Shown piece by piece: positions 36,767 to 45,965 of a stretch of 64,000 nt of DNA. The notes under the pieces are model-generated. The model saw only the letters and a list, made by a program, of their open reading frames with translations, searched no databases and was not told the origin of the DNA. How positions within the stretch are numbered: the stretch's first letter is position 1; every line of letters begins with the position of its first letter. This DNA comes from a virus. The stretch is taken from IMG/VR virus record IMGVR_UViG_3300043411_000952, positions 10,194 through 74,193 of that record. One strand, 5' to 3'. The position numbers and the translations under genes are program-made.

Positions 36767-39592
36767 ATGAAAAGATCTCAAGTAGACGAAATACTTTCCA
36801 AAGTTAAAAAGCAAGCTTCAGCAGTTGCTAAGGTTCGTTCTATCTTACCTAATCGTAAGGTAGACGCTAATAATAATGGTATTCCTGACGACGAGGAAGA
36901 GTATGTGCCTGTAGGAGTTAAAGGACTGCTTTCAGCATCTCAGAAATTGCTGGCTATTAATAGGGGGCTAGACGCACCAGACGAACGTGATAGTTTACTA
37001 TTCAAAAGAATACTAACTACAGATCGGCTGTTATCTGAACGTGTTCGTTTAGATAGTGATAGGGTGCGCGGATCAATGCTTCCGCTCATTGCCCGGCATA
37101 AGAATCTTAAGGCAGTAGGTCCGTTTGCCTTTGATTCCTATATGGAGAAGTTCCTTATTGGGAATCCTTTGTCCTCTCCTTTGGAAGAAATTAATCCTCT
37201 ACATCTATTAGAGCAGTCACGTAGAGCTACGCAGATGGGACCTGGCGGTATTGGTACTGACAATGCTATAACAGAAGGTATGCAGTGTCATGACGCTGAT
37301 ACGGAAGTCTTCACGCGCGCTGGTTGGAAAAGATGGAATGAGGTTAGCCTAGAAGACGAATTGGCTTGCAAGCTAGATGAGCGGCTGGAATTTCATAAGC
37401 CTTCCTCTTTACATAAATCTTTTTATAAAGGCTTGATGTATGGGGTTGATTCTAATACAGTAAATTTTTTAGTAACTCCTAATCATAGAATATGGACCGC
37501 TCCTTCGGTACGCACAAAAAAATGGGCATTCGAGAGCGCGGAAGAGCACTACGGTAAATTTAGAGTTTACTCTGCTGCTCACATAGCATACGCGGGCAGT
37601 GATTCTTCTGACTATTTTGAATTAGCCCCTGCGCCGCGCGCGTCTACTGGGGATAGACCACGTATTATCCCTCCTATTGACATGGGTGATTGGTGTGAAT
37701 TTTTGGGTTGGTATATGGCGGAGGGTTCTTGTTACAACACAAAGAAGCATCATTACACAGTTACCATCACTCAATGCCCTATAGCAAATCCTGAGAAATG
37801 TAAAAAAATAACCGATTTACTATCTAAACTACCTTTTAAGTTTAAACAGTATGGCAGAAATTTTGTAACAGGCTGTAAATCTTTATATTTATATTTAAGT
37901 GTATTTGGTTATTGCGGAGATAAATATATTCCGGATTTTTTATTTGAGGTTAAATCTGAGTATAGACGCAGATTCCTAGACGCTTTTTGTTTAGGCGACG
38001 GCAATAAAAACAGAGCAGGTGCGAATATTTTCTCCACATCAAGCCATAGATTAGCAGGCGGGTTAGCCAGGCTTTTAACTTTGGCTGGCGCTTCTGTATC
38101 GTTAGGTAATAATTGGACCGGTAAAAATAGAAAAGGCGAGGTGAGTTGTACTATGCATCGCGTTAATGAGCTGACCGTTAGAATCAAAGAAGTTAAACCC
38201 CATAATCATTGCAAGGTCGAATACGAGGGTTACGTATACTGCGCCTCAGTTCCTGGCGGTCTACTTCTGACTAGGAGGAAGGGTAAGCAGTTTTGGTCAG
38301 GTAACTCAATTAGGACAGACCAGTTTGGGTTTATATCAAGTTTGGAAGGACCAGAATGTATAGGTAAAGGTACTAGGGTTTATACCTATACTGGTTGGCA
38401 ATTGTGGGAGAATGTAAATTCTGATACTGAGTTTGCTTGTAATATAGATGGTAAGTTAGAATTTCATAAAGCTTCGGCTATACAAAAGTACCATTTTAAG
38501 GGTGACTTGATTAGAGCGGAGCATAAGAATATTCTGATGCGCGTTACACCACAACATAGAGTTTACTACTCTGCAAAACCAGTTGATAATTGGCAGCAAT
38601 ACAAAGTTGCTTTTGCGGATAATCTATACGGTAAGACTATACGCGTACCCTGCTGGCACCTGCCTTATGAAGGCATTATGAAAGACAAAAGTCATTTTGA
38701 TATGCCTGGTGTGGGCGTTGTTCCAATAGAATCATTTGCGGCTTTCATGGGTTGGTTTCTATCTGAAGGTAATATCACGGCGGAAGAATCTATTAATTCG
38801 CATGTGTGTATTTCACAGTCTTCGCTGGCTAATCCTGACTGTTTTCAAGAAATTGAAGAATTGTTAAATTCTATGTGTATTAAGTTTACGTATAGAAAAT
38901 ATGGACCCTCTGCTGGAGAAGAAAAGTCAGGTGTAAAAAATGGTTTTTTAATTTACAATCCGCAGTTGTATAATTTTCTGCTTTCTTATGTACCTGCCGG
39001 AAGGTTGTGTCATGAAAAAGGATTTCCTGCAGAGCTTTTGGAATTTCCAGTCCACGCGCGCGAAGCGCTACTATACGCCTTAATGCAAGGTGATGGGCGT
39101 ATTAATAAGACGCATAATGCATATTGTACAACATCTCCGTTACTGGCTGAAGGAGTAGAGAAGCTAATGATTTCTCTGGGACACCCGTGTCGTATCAGAC
39201 TAGAGCCTGATAAGCGCCCACATGTAAAAACGATGAATTATGCGGTGAGCCAGTTTAAAGTTAAAGAAAAATCTATTTGGGGTAAAAGTTACAAACACAA
39301 AAACTATCCAGGTAAGGAGTACGGAAGTCACTGGTCTAAAGAGCCATATGATGATTTGGTTTATTGCGCTACTGTCCCGGGCAGTAAATTGTTTATACGC
39401 GGATCTATGGAGACACAGCCATTCTGGTCTGGTAACAGTGAAAAGATAGGAATCGACAGTAGAATGGCCTGGGGGTCTAAAATAGGTTCAGACGGTAAAC
39501 CGTATCAAAGATTCTATAATCGCAAAACCAAAAAGGTCCAGTGGATGAGCCCGGAAGACCTGGATGGGTTAACTGTTAAATTACCAGATTAA
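36767..39592 (+). CDS. RNA polymerase beta-like subunit, central fragment, with two inteins (mature ~240 aa)
   Basis: EINPL..LEQSRRATQMGPGG ... FGFISSLEGPE|SEKIGI matches beta NPLxEITHKRRxSALGPGG...YGRxCPIETPEGxNIGL; alternative start 36752. Confidence 0.85.
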   Translation: MKRSQVDEILSKVKKQASAVAKVRSILPNRKVDANNNGIPDDEEEYVPVGVKGLLSASQKLLAINRGLDAPDERDSLLFKRILTTDRLLSERVRLDSDRVRGSMLPLIARHKNLKAVGPFAFDSYMEKFLIGNPLSSPLEEINPLHLLEQSRRATQMGPGGIGTDNAITEGMQCHDADTEVFTRAGWKRWNEVSLEDELACKLDERLEFHKPSSLHKSFYKGLMYGVDSNTVNFLVTPNHRIWTAPSVRTKKWAFESAEEHYGKFRVYSAAHIAYAGSDSSDYFELAPAPRASTGDRPRIIPPIDMGDWCEFLGWYMAEGSCYNTKKHHYTVTITQCPIANPEKCKKITDLLSKLPFKFKQYGRNFVTGCKSLYLYLSVFGYCGDKYIPDFLFEVKSEYRRRFLDAFCLGDGNKNRAGANIFSTSSHRLAGGLARLLTLAGASVSLGNNWTGKNRKGEVSCTMHRVNELTVRIKEVKPHNHCKVEYEGYVYCASVPGGLLLTRRKGKQFWSGNSIRTDQFGFISSLEGPECIGKGTRVYTYTGWQLWENVNSDTEFACNIDGKLEFHKASAIQKYHFKGDLIRAEHKNILMRVTPQHRVYYSAKPVDNWQQYKVAFADNLYGKTIRVPCWHLPYEGIMKDKSHFDMPGVGVVPIESFAAFMGWFLSEGNITAEESINSHVCISQSSLANPDCFQEIEELLNSMCIKFTYRKYGPSAGEEKSGVKNGFLIYNPQLYNFLLSYVPAGRLCHEKGFPAELLEFPVHAREALLYALMQGDGRINKTHNAYCTTSPLLAEGVEKLMISLGHPCRIRLEPDKRPHVKTMNYAVSQFKVKEKSIWGKSYKHKNYPGKEYGSHWSKEPYDDLVYCATVPGSKLFIRGSMETQPFWSGNSEKIGIDSRMAWGSKIGSDGKPYQRFYNRKTKKVQWMSPEDLDGLTVKLPD
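37286..38305 (+). mobile_element. Intein A in RNAP beta fragment (340 aa), LAGLIDADG
   Basis: CHDADTEV, VTPNHR, LGWYMAEG, FCLGDG, VYCASVPGG, ends WSGN followed by Ser. Confidence 0.92.
38357..39436 (+). mobile_element. Intein B in RNAP beta fragment (360 aa), LAGLIDADG
   Basis: CIGKGTRV, VTPQHR, MGWFLSEG, LMQGDG, VYCATVPGS, ends WSGN followed by Ser. Confidence 0.92.
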
Positions 39593-39593
39593 T

Positions 39594-40277
39594 ATGAATA
39601 GTTTAGATAAGTTATTCCTTAGCTCTTTTATAATTAAGAAATCATACACCGCTAATACAGCGCCAGTACCTACATCGGGTATACTTGGACCAGCTGTTTC
39701 TTTACTAGACTCAGAAGTGCCGAAGGCTATACCTGTTGCTGCTCCTAAGGTCACACATAAACCAGCTCCTGTATCTTATGCATCTCACTATCAGCCTATA
39801 CTAGATGTAATAAGAAAGGGAGAGGCTAATGTTGCTGGGTATGACACTATGGTAGGGAGTAATAAACCATTTGGCTTAACTAAAAAAACTTTGCAACAAG
39901 TATTAGATTTACAGAGTCAGCGGCTTAAAACTCATGGCGGTACGGCTGCAGGTGGTTATCAAATATTAAATAAAAATTTAATGGATTTAGCTAAGCAGCA
40001 TAAACACGATCTAAATAAAACTGTGTTTGATCAGAATACACAGGATACGTACGCTAAAAGTTTGATTGATAGAAGAGGATTTAAAGACTATTTATCTGGT
40101 AAAATTAATGCGGAGCAGATGCGGATTAATTTAGCTAAGGAGTGGGCAGCGCTCCCGGCTAAAGGAGAGCAGTCATACTACCATGGTACAGGTAATAACG
40201 CTGCTAGAGTTTCATCCTCAGAAATAAATACAGCCATACAGAAAGCTTTAGAGCTTCATAGAAAAGCTGCAAGATAA
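39594..40277 (+). CDS. Lysozyme-fold muramidase/lytic transglycosylase (lambda R/GH104-like)
   Basis: LDVIRKGEA..GYD, AAGGYQI, FD..TQD, LAKEWAALP. Confidence 0.8.
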   Translation: MNSLDKLFLSSFIIKKSYTANTAPVPTSGILGPAVSLLDSEVPKAIPVAAPKVTHKPAPVSYASHYQPILDVIRKGEANVAGYDTMVGSNKPFGLTKKTLQQVLDLQSQRLKTHGGTAAGGYQILNKNLMDLAKQHKHDLNKTVFDQNTQDTYAKSLIDRRGFKDYLSGKINAEQMRINLAKEWAALPAKGEQSYYHGTGNNAARVSSSEINTAIQKALELHRKAAR

Positions 40278-40321
40278 GTTGACTTAAGACTCGCAATGCC
40301 TTTTATTAGCGTACGAAATTT

Positions 40322-41347
40322 ATGAACTTTTTCGAAAAACTTTTTCTGTCTGCCTATTTAATCAAAACTGCGGGGATTCCGGGAGGACTCTTAGCTAGAG
40401 GAGTAAGAGGAGCTGCGCGAAATACCGGCAGTAAAATAAAATATAAGCCTAAGCCTAAGCCTAAGCCTAAGCCTAAGCCAATATTGTCGCCAGGCGAGCA
40501 GGCTGTTGCAAACGCGCGCAGCAATCTTTCCCCAATGGAAAACGCAGCTCGTACGCAACATGTCGTAAACAAGCACGTTAAAGGGCTTGCGCCGCAAACA
40601 CCATCCGTGGCACCTACACGTAAACCCATATTAACTAATGTGCCTGATGGTGTGCCGACTATTCCAGCCGCTAGCGCCATGGCATCCGCTCCCATTGCTG
40701 CTGTAGCGCCAGCCGTCGCAGCCGCTATGCCGACAGGTTTAGGCTTGGCGCGACAAGGTCTTGGGCAAGTAGCTACCGGGGCAAGACAGGCCTTAAGTAG
40801 CGGTGCCGCCGCAGCGCGCGGTGGTTTAATATCAGCAGCTAGAAATCCTTTAGCGCAGGCTGGAGGCGTTGGTCTTTTAGGTGGTGCTGTAGGTGCTTAT
40901 GGAATGAACAGATTAATGGGGGGCAGCGCTGCCGCGCAGCCAGCCACGCCTCAGTCATCAGGCGCAACTACCCCCAGCATGGCTGTTACGCCAGCACCAG
41001 CGGCTATCCCCGCGCCAGCTCCAGATTACGCAGCTATGGATGCAGAAGGTATGGAAGATATGCAGGCCCCCAGCATGGCTGTTACGCCAGCACCAGCGGC
41101 TATCCCCGCGCCAGCTCCAGATTACGCAGCTATGGATGCAGAAGGTATGGAAGATATGCAGGCCCTGGGCGCGGAAACTCCTATCGATTACAATGCCGCT
41201 TTTCATAAATACATGGGGAGCAACTACAATAATAATTCCGCGCTAGATCAAGCCAAGATGCAGTATCTGAAATCTTTAAGTACACAGAATAGAGAACTTA
41301 ACGCCGCCAACATCTATAATCCTGCGTACGGATACGGTAAGTGGTAA
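40322..41347 (+). CDS. Ala/Pro/Gly-rich low-complexity protein, probably virion-internal
   Basis: 341 aa; (KP)6 tract; Gly-rich hydrophobic segment; internal 32-aa duplication. Confidence 0.65.
   Translation: MNFFEKLFLSAYLIKTAGIPGGLLARGVRGAARNTGSKIKYKPKPKPKPKPKPILSPGEQAVANARSNLSPMENAARTQHVVNKHVKGLAPQTPSVAPTRKPILTNVPDGVPTIPAASAMASAPIAAVAPAVAAAMPTGLGLARQGLGQVATGARQALSSGAAAARGGLISAARNPLAQAGGVGLLGGAVGAYGMNRLMGGSAAAQPATPQSSGATTPSMAVTPAPAAIPAPAPDYAAMDAEGMEDMQAPSMAVTPAPAAIPAPAPDYAAMDAEGMEDMQALGAETPIDYNAAFHKYMGSNYNNNSALDQAKMQYLKSLSTQNRELNAANIYNPAYGYGKW
40445..40480 (+). repeat. (AAGCCT)n hexamer repeat encoding (KP)6
   Basis: Seen directly. Confidence 0.9.
40971..41165 (+). repeat. Perfect 96-bp tandem duplication
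   Basis: Copies start at 40971 and 41067; in frame. Confidence 0.95.
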
Positions 41348-41394
41348 AACTATTTCTTGATTAACTAATAAAATTCGCTACAATCTGATACACT

Positions 41395-41583
41395 ATGCCA
41401 AACGAAATCACTCCTGAATTAGTCCGTCAAGCTAAGTATGAAGGCTTTATCCGCCATACTTCAGCTATCCACGACGACAAAGCCACCTCGCAAAAATTTG
41501 CTGATTATGTTGAAAAAGACAAAGCCAGAGAGAATAAATTTGTAGAACTTCGCGGTAATATCCTGGAAGGATTAAAGCAATAA
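41395..41583 (+). CDS. Hypothetical protein
   Basis: 62 aa; preceded by TTGATT-N17-TACAAT; followed by a hairpin terminator. Confidence 0.7.
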   Translation: MPNEITPELVRQAKYEGFIRHTSAIHDDKATSQKFADYVEKDKARENKFVELRGNILEGLKQ

Positions 41584-41599
41584 TCTGGTGCATTTTCTA

Positions 41600-41638
41600 G
41601 CCTCCATGGTAGCGTATGTCTACCGTGGAGGTTTTTTT
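41600..41638 (+). terminator. Intrinsic terminator
   Basis: GCCTCCATGGTAG / CTACCGTGGAGGT plus T run. Confidence 0.8.
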
Positions 41639-42028
41639 ATGCCCAAGCCCAAATCTAATTCAAAGCGCCCTGTATGCCGTAGGAATAAACTCAGGATTAC
41701 AGAGAGTAAGTTAGGTAGGCAGCAGGCCCTGGGTTTGTGGGAGAAGGTGAATGATAAAACATCACTGATCACTGTGGATGAGAGGCTGAGAGGATTTCAG
41801 CGGTTAATGATTGTGGTGCATGAGTCACTACATGAGACATGCCGGGACTGGACTGAGGAGAAAGTTGTAGCTGTGAGCGAATTTTTAGCTCGCGTTCTTT
41901 GGGAATGTGATTATAGACATGTTGATCATCATGGGGAGGCTAAGCCTAGCTACAAGACTCCTATAAAAAGGAAGAAATCGTCTACTGTCAAAACAAAGGA
42001 AATATGGGATACAAAAAACCAAAGCTAG
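41639..42028 (+). CDS. Small zincin-like protein
   Basis: VVHESLHE (HExxH) followed by EEKVV. Confidence 0.55.
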   Translation: MPKPKSNSKRPVCRRNKLRITESKLGRQQALGLWEKVNDKTSLITVDERLRGFQRLMIVVHESLHETCRDWTEEKVVAVSEFLARVLWECDYRHVDHHGEAKPSYKTPIKRKKSSTVKTKEIWDTKNQS

Positions 42029-42705
42029 GAACGTTCGCGACCCCGGCACAGACTCAACGTTGGATTAAATGTCTGAATAGTTGGGCTAAAGCTAACGATA
42101 AGACGCATACGGACATTTCAAATATGTTGGGCTACTCCAGTAGATCAGGGTGGTACCGTTTATTGCAGGGTGTTAATAGAAGAGCGAGGTTAGCTTTGAT
42201 TCGTTCTTCTACACAGCAACTTGGATTGGATTCCAATTTTATTAATGGTGTGTTTGATTTCAAAGCTAAGTTTTCTGAAGCGAGGAATATATTCACTGAT
42301 TTCAAAGAATCGTACGCTCAGTGTTTAGGTCAAGGCAATCAGTACCAGGCTTCTCAGATTGTGCGCAAGGCGGCTATGTTTCTTTATGAAACACTTGTAC
42401 CTAAAGATATGATTTTGGGGTTGGAGCTTACTAATAGAAAAAACGAGTATGAGTCTGCAAAGATTTATTGTAGTATTGATGAAATAAATATGTATTACAT
42501 AACTATATTTGGAGGTCCTATATGTGTTATGTTTTCGTTATGTAAAAAGATAAATGGTATGACTGTTCCTATTATGGAGGGTGATTTAGATATACATGCT
42601 GTCAGCGCAATTAAACATCAAGTGTCTACCGGAAAGAAAAAGCATTATAAATCACAGAAGAGTATTGCTAAATTTGAAGATAATGCTAAGCAGTTTACTT
42701 TATAA
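42004..42705 (+). CDS. Putative HTH-containing protein
   Basis: THTDISNMLGYSSRSGWYRLLQG resembles an XRE-type HTH. Confidence 0.5.
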   Translation: MGYKKPKLGTFATPAQTQRWIKCLNSWAKANDKTHTDISNMLGYSSRSGWYRLLQGVNRRARLALIRSSTQQLGLDSNFINGVFDFKAKFSEARNIFTDFKESYAQCLGQGNQYQASQIVRKAAMFLYETLVPKDMILGLELTNRKNEYESAKIYCSIDEINMYYITIFGGPICVMFSLCKKINGMTVPIMEGDLDIHAVSAIKHQVSTGKKKHYKSQKSIAKFEDNAKQFTL

Positions 42706-42707
42706 TT

Positions 42708-43304
42708 ATGTCTCAAAGCATTGATACTGGCGTTGAAAGAACACCTCCTACTGTGTCGGCCATGAGGAGTTTCAAAGAAAAGCTTTTACAAGGGCACAAG
42801 GTTAAGGCTTCTCAATTCGGCATTGAACTACCTGTTATGAAAATACAAGACGATGTCGCTTATGGGCCTGATGATGAATCGGATTCTACGGATAACTCGG
42901 AAGAAGATACAGGCGTTACAGATGTGTACCAAGATCCTGATGAGATAGGACCTACGGAAGACACAACCTCCTACACAACGCCTTATATAGGTAAAGCTGC
43001 TATGAAGAGAGATCCAGTACAGATGTTGGCTGACTATTTAGAACAAACACCTGCTAAAGAGGAAGTCAGGATTGTAGGTCCGTTTGGTAGGCTGGGTTTT
43101 AAGGCTTTAAACGTTAGCATTACAGAATTTGGAGTAGCCTTCATTATTAAAAGGGATGCTATACAATTCGAGCCGAACATAAATACAGAATTGACTATAC
43201 AATATCGAGGTCAGGACTATTCTGTAATTTATGCAGGAGGGTTCTTTACTTTCCCCAAAATACCTTTTACATTTGTATCCTTTCTGCGAATTCAAACTGA
43301 ATAA
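42708..43304 (+). CDS. Hypothetical protein
   Basis: 198 aa, acidic linker and beta-rich C-terminus. Confidence 0.65.
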   Translation: MSQSIDTGVERTPPTVSAMRSFKEKLLQGHKVKASQFGIELPVMKIQDDVAYGPDDESDSTDNSEEDTGVTDVYQDPDEIGPTEDTTSYTTPYIGKAAMKRDPVQMLADYLEQTPAKEEVRIVGPFGRLGFKALNVSITEFGVAFIIKRDAIQFEPNINTELTIQYRGQDYSVIYAGGFFTFPKIPFTFVSFLRIQTE

Positions 43305-43306
43305 TT

Positions 43307-43471
43307 ATGATTAAAGAAGGCGTTGTTAAATCAGACAAAACACCTTGCCCTGTTACAGGTAAAGTGTGTAATTGCTCGCACCCAGAGAACGAGTGCGAAC
43401 TTACAATAGGTAAAGTTGCCTCAGCAGTGGAACTGGGCAGTATGCTTGACGGGAAAGACATTAACGAATAA
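43307..43471 (+). CDS. Small Cys-rich protein (54 aa, not in ORF track)
   Basis: MIKEGVVKSDKTPCPVTGKVCNC... fills the gap between flanking genes. Confidence 0.6.
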   Translation: MIKEGVVKSDKTPCPVTGKVCNCSHPENECELTIGKVASAVELGSMLDGKDINE

Positions 43472-43480
43472 ATAATACTT

Positions 43481-45295
43481 ATGGTCAATTATCCCGGCGA
43501 CAATGACGCGTTTGCAATTTGGACAGGTAAGAACCGCACCTTTGCAGACCCCTTCCTACTTCCCAGTAGCACAGCTATCCCGACTGAATTACAGTCTGCT
43601 CTAGATTTCTGTCTATTTCTTTATTACTTAAACCCTCTTTATCGCCGCGCATCTACGCGAGTAATTAGTCATTTTGTTACTGATATTGATTTTACTGGTA
43701 AGGATGGCGATCAAGATGAACGTGATGAATTTAAAAGTTTCTTGATTAATGACCTGGATATTTTTGGAGCGTTACTTGAAGTGGGGCAGGAGTGGAGTGC
43801 CTACGGTAATGCGTTCCTTCGTCTACACCTTCCATTTGATCGTGTACTTGTGGATCATAGAGATGGTAAGTATAAAGAATACGCACTTCCTATGTTCGGG
43901 GCGGATGTAAAGTATGATTATAAGGCCATGAAATATGATGTGCCGGATCCTACTACATTTGATAAGCCCAAGGAAAAAAGATCTAGAATTAAGCTAGATT
44001 TCATCGACCGCCCTTCCCGGGATAAGTCACGGATTAGATTACGTAAAATCGATCCACGTCAGGTTGTTCTGCAGCATTCATTCATGAGTGGTAAGCAGCA
44101 AATGATTTATAGGTTTGAACCTGAGTGGGTTACCATGATTAAAAATAGTATCATGTACCAGGTTAATGAGACGCCAATGAGTATGCTCAAGGCTATTGCT
44201 CTAGAACAGGATTTTCTATTCAATGAAGGACAGGTTTTCCACTTCAAAGCACCCACTATTTCAGGTGTTTCTAATTACGGTTGGGGTTTACCTGAAACTA
44301 TTGCTAACTTCCGTCATATTCATCAGCTACAGGTTCTTCGTAAGATTGATGAATCGGTTGGGTTAGATTATATGCTACCTTTCCGTATGTTCCATCCTGT
44401 GCCGTCCTCGCAGGCTAGTGATCCTATGAATTATATGTTACTGAATCGTTGGGGTTCAGAAATTAAAGAAGTGATAAAGCGTCGCCGCCTAGACCCGTTT
44501 GCTATCCATGCTCTTCCTTTTCCAGTAACGTATCAAGAGTTCGGAGCTCAAGGTAAAAGCCTGGCTCCTAAAGAACTTGTAGAGTATCATAATAACGTGC
44601 TCCTTGATTCCATGGGATACCCGGCAGAGTTGTTTAAAGGTTCATTACAAGTTCAGCAGATTCCTACTGCAGTGCGTCTGTTTGAGAATTCATTCCACTT
44701 CATTCACCAGGGCTTTGATAGAATTGTTAAATGGGTGTCTGGTAGAATTTGCGACTATGTAGGTCAGCAACGTCTTGAGGCCTCCCTGCAGCTTCCTCGC
44801 CTTGCAGATGACCTAGAGCGTCAGCGCGTATACATGCAGTTGGCCGCAGGCGCAGAAATTCCTCGCTCCATCGCTTATGGTCCGTTTGGTATCAAAGATC
44901 CTGTTGAAGCGGCTAAACAGCGCGCACAAGAAGATATTGAAATTCAGAAGGAGCAGATGAAGCTGCAGTCTGACTTCCAAAGACAACAGGAAATAGGGTC
45001 TATGGACAACGTTCTGGCGCAGCAAGCGCAGCAAGGTGGCGCAGCAGGAAGCTCTCCTGCTGGTATGGAAGGCGGTATGGCTGGAGGCGAAATGAATCCG
45101 CTTGACATCCAGAACAAAGCTGCTGAAATGGCGCAGCAATGGTTGCAGTTGCCTGTCGGTGAACGACAGAAGCAAATGGCAGCTGTTCGCACATCAAATC
45201 CGAACCTCCACGCAATGGCCAAGCAAAAGATGGAAGAAATGAGATCGCAAGCTGAAAGCCAGGGCAGAGATTCCTTATCACAACCACCGCAATAA
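43481..45295 (+). CDS. Probable portal protein
   Basis: 604 aa; YGNAF, IDP..V, VFHFK and GWGLP elements in portal-like order; Gln-rich tail; structural neighbourhood. Confidence 0.6.
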   Translation: MVNYPGDNDAFAIWTGKNRTFADPFLLPSSTAIPTELQSALDFCLFLYYLNPLYRRASTRVISHFVTDIDFTGKDGDQDERDEFKSFLINDLDIFGALLEVGQEWSAYGNAFLRLHLPFDRVLVDHRDGKYKEYALPMFGADVKYDYKAMKYDVPDPTTFDKPKEKRSRIKLDFIDRPSRDKSRIRLRKIDPRQVVLQHSFMSGKQQMIYRFEPEWVTMIKNSIMYQVNETPMSMLKAIALEQDFLFNEGQVFHFKAPTISGVSNYGWGLPETIANFRHIHQLQVLRKIDESVGLDYMLPFRMFHPVPSSQASDPMNYMLLNRWGSEIKEVIKRRRLDPFAIHALPFPVTYQEFGAQGKSLAPKELVEYHNNVLLDSMGYPAELFKGSLQVQQIPTAVRLFENSFHFIHQGFDRIVKWVSGRICDYVGQQRLEASLQLPRLADDLERQRVYMQLAAGAEIPRSIAYGPFGIKDPVEAAKQRAQEDIEIQKEQMKLQSDFQRQQEIGSMDNVLAQQAQQGGAAGSSPAGMEGGMAGGEMNPLDIQNKAAEMAQQWLQLPVGERQKQMAAVRTSNPNLHAMAKQKMEEMRSQAESQGRDSLSQPPQ

Positions 45296-45304
45296 ATAAA
45301 TTAA

Positions 45305-45649
45305 ATGGAAGTAGAAACTAAGATTGATTGGGTAGCAGCTATGAACGATGTCGCATCTGATATTTATCAGAATGCGGCTAATAAAGGGTTTTGGGACAAG
45401 GAGCGCAATGACGGCGAAGCTATTGCGCTTATGCACTCAGAACTATCCGAAGCACTGGAGGCGTTAAGACACGGTAATCCTCCTGATGATAAAGTACCAG
45501 AATATACAGGTGTAGAGGCGGAGTTAGCTGATGTCGTTATTCGTATATGTGATTTAGCAGCCGGAAGAGGTTGGCGCGTGTTCGAGGCTATGGCGGCTAA
45601 GATGCAGTACAATACTACTCGGGAGAGACTGCACGGTAAAGAATTCTAG
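45305..45649 (+). CDS. MazG-like nucleotide pyrophosphohydrolase
   Basis: LMHSELSEALEA ... ELADVVIRI.D ... KMQYN..R. Confidence 0.85.
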   Translation: MEVETKIDWVAAMNDVASDIYQNAANKGFWDKERNDGEAIALMHSELSEALEALRHGNPPDDKVPEYTGVEAELADVVIRICDLAAGRGWRVFEAMAAKMQYNTTRERLHGKEF

Positions 45650-45694
45650 TATATTTGCGTTTGTCTTAACGTCCATGATATGTTAAACTGTATC

Positions 45695-45964
45695 ATGGAC
45701 GTTTTGACTAAATTAGCTGCTAGCTTATATCTGCTTAAAAGGGCAGAGCAAAGTCGCATTGACAACGGACAACCCGCCAATGTCAAAAAATGGGATACTA
45801 TAAAAGGCATTCCAGGCTCTGATGGTAATCAAAACTATACCGATCCTTTGTGTCCTAATCCTGATGATATGCCAACGGATCTTGGTATTAATAATAAGCA
45901 GCTGGTTACAGGTACTGGCGGCGGCGCATTAATCTACGGACGTTACCGTAACGGAGACAGATAA
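45695..45964 (+). CDS. Hypothetical (putative virion) protein
   Basis: N-terminus resembles those of ORFs 39594 and 40322. Confidence 0.6.
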   Translation: MDVLTKLAASLYLLKRAEQSRIDNGQPANVKKWDTIKGIPGSDGNQNYTDPLCPNPDDMPTDLGINNKQLVTGTGGGALIYGRYRNGDR

Positions 45965-45965
45965 G

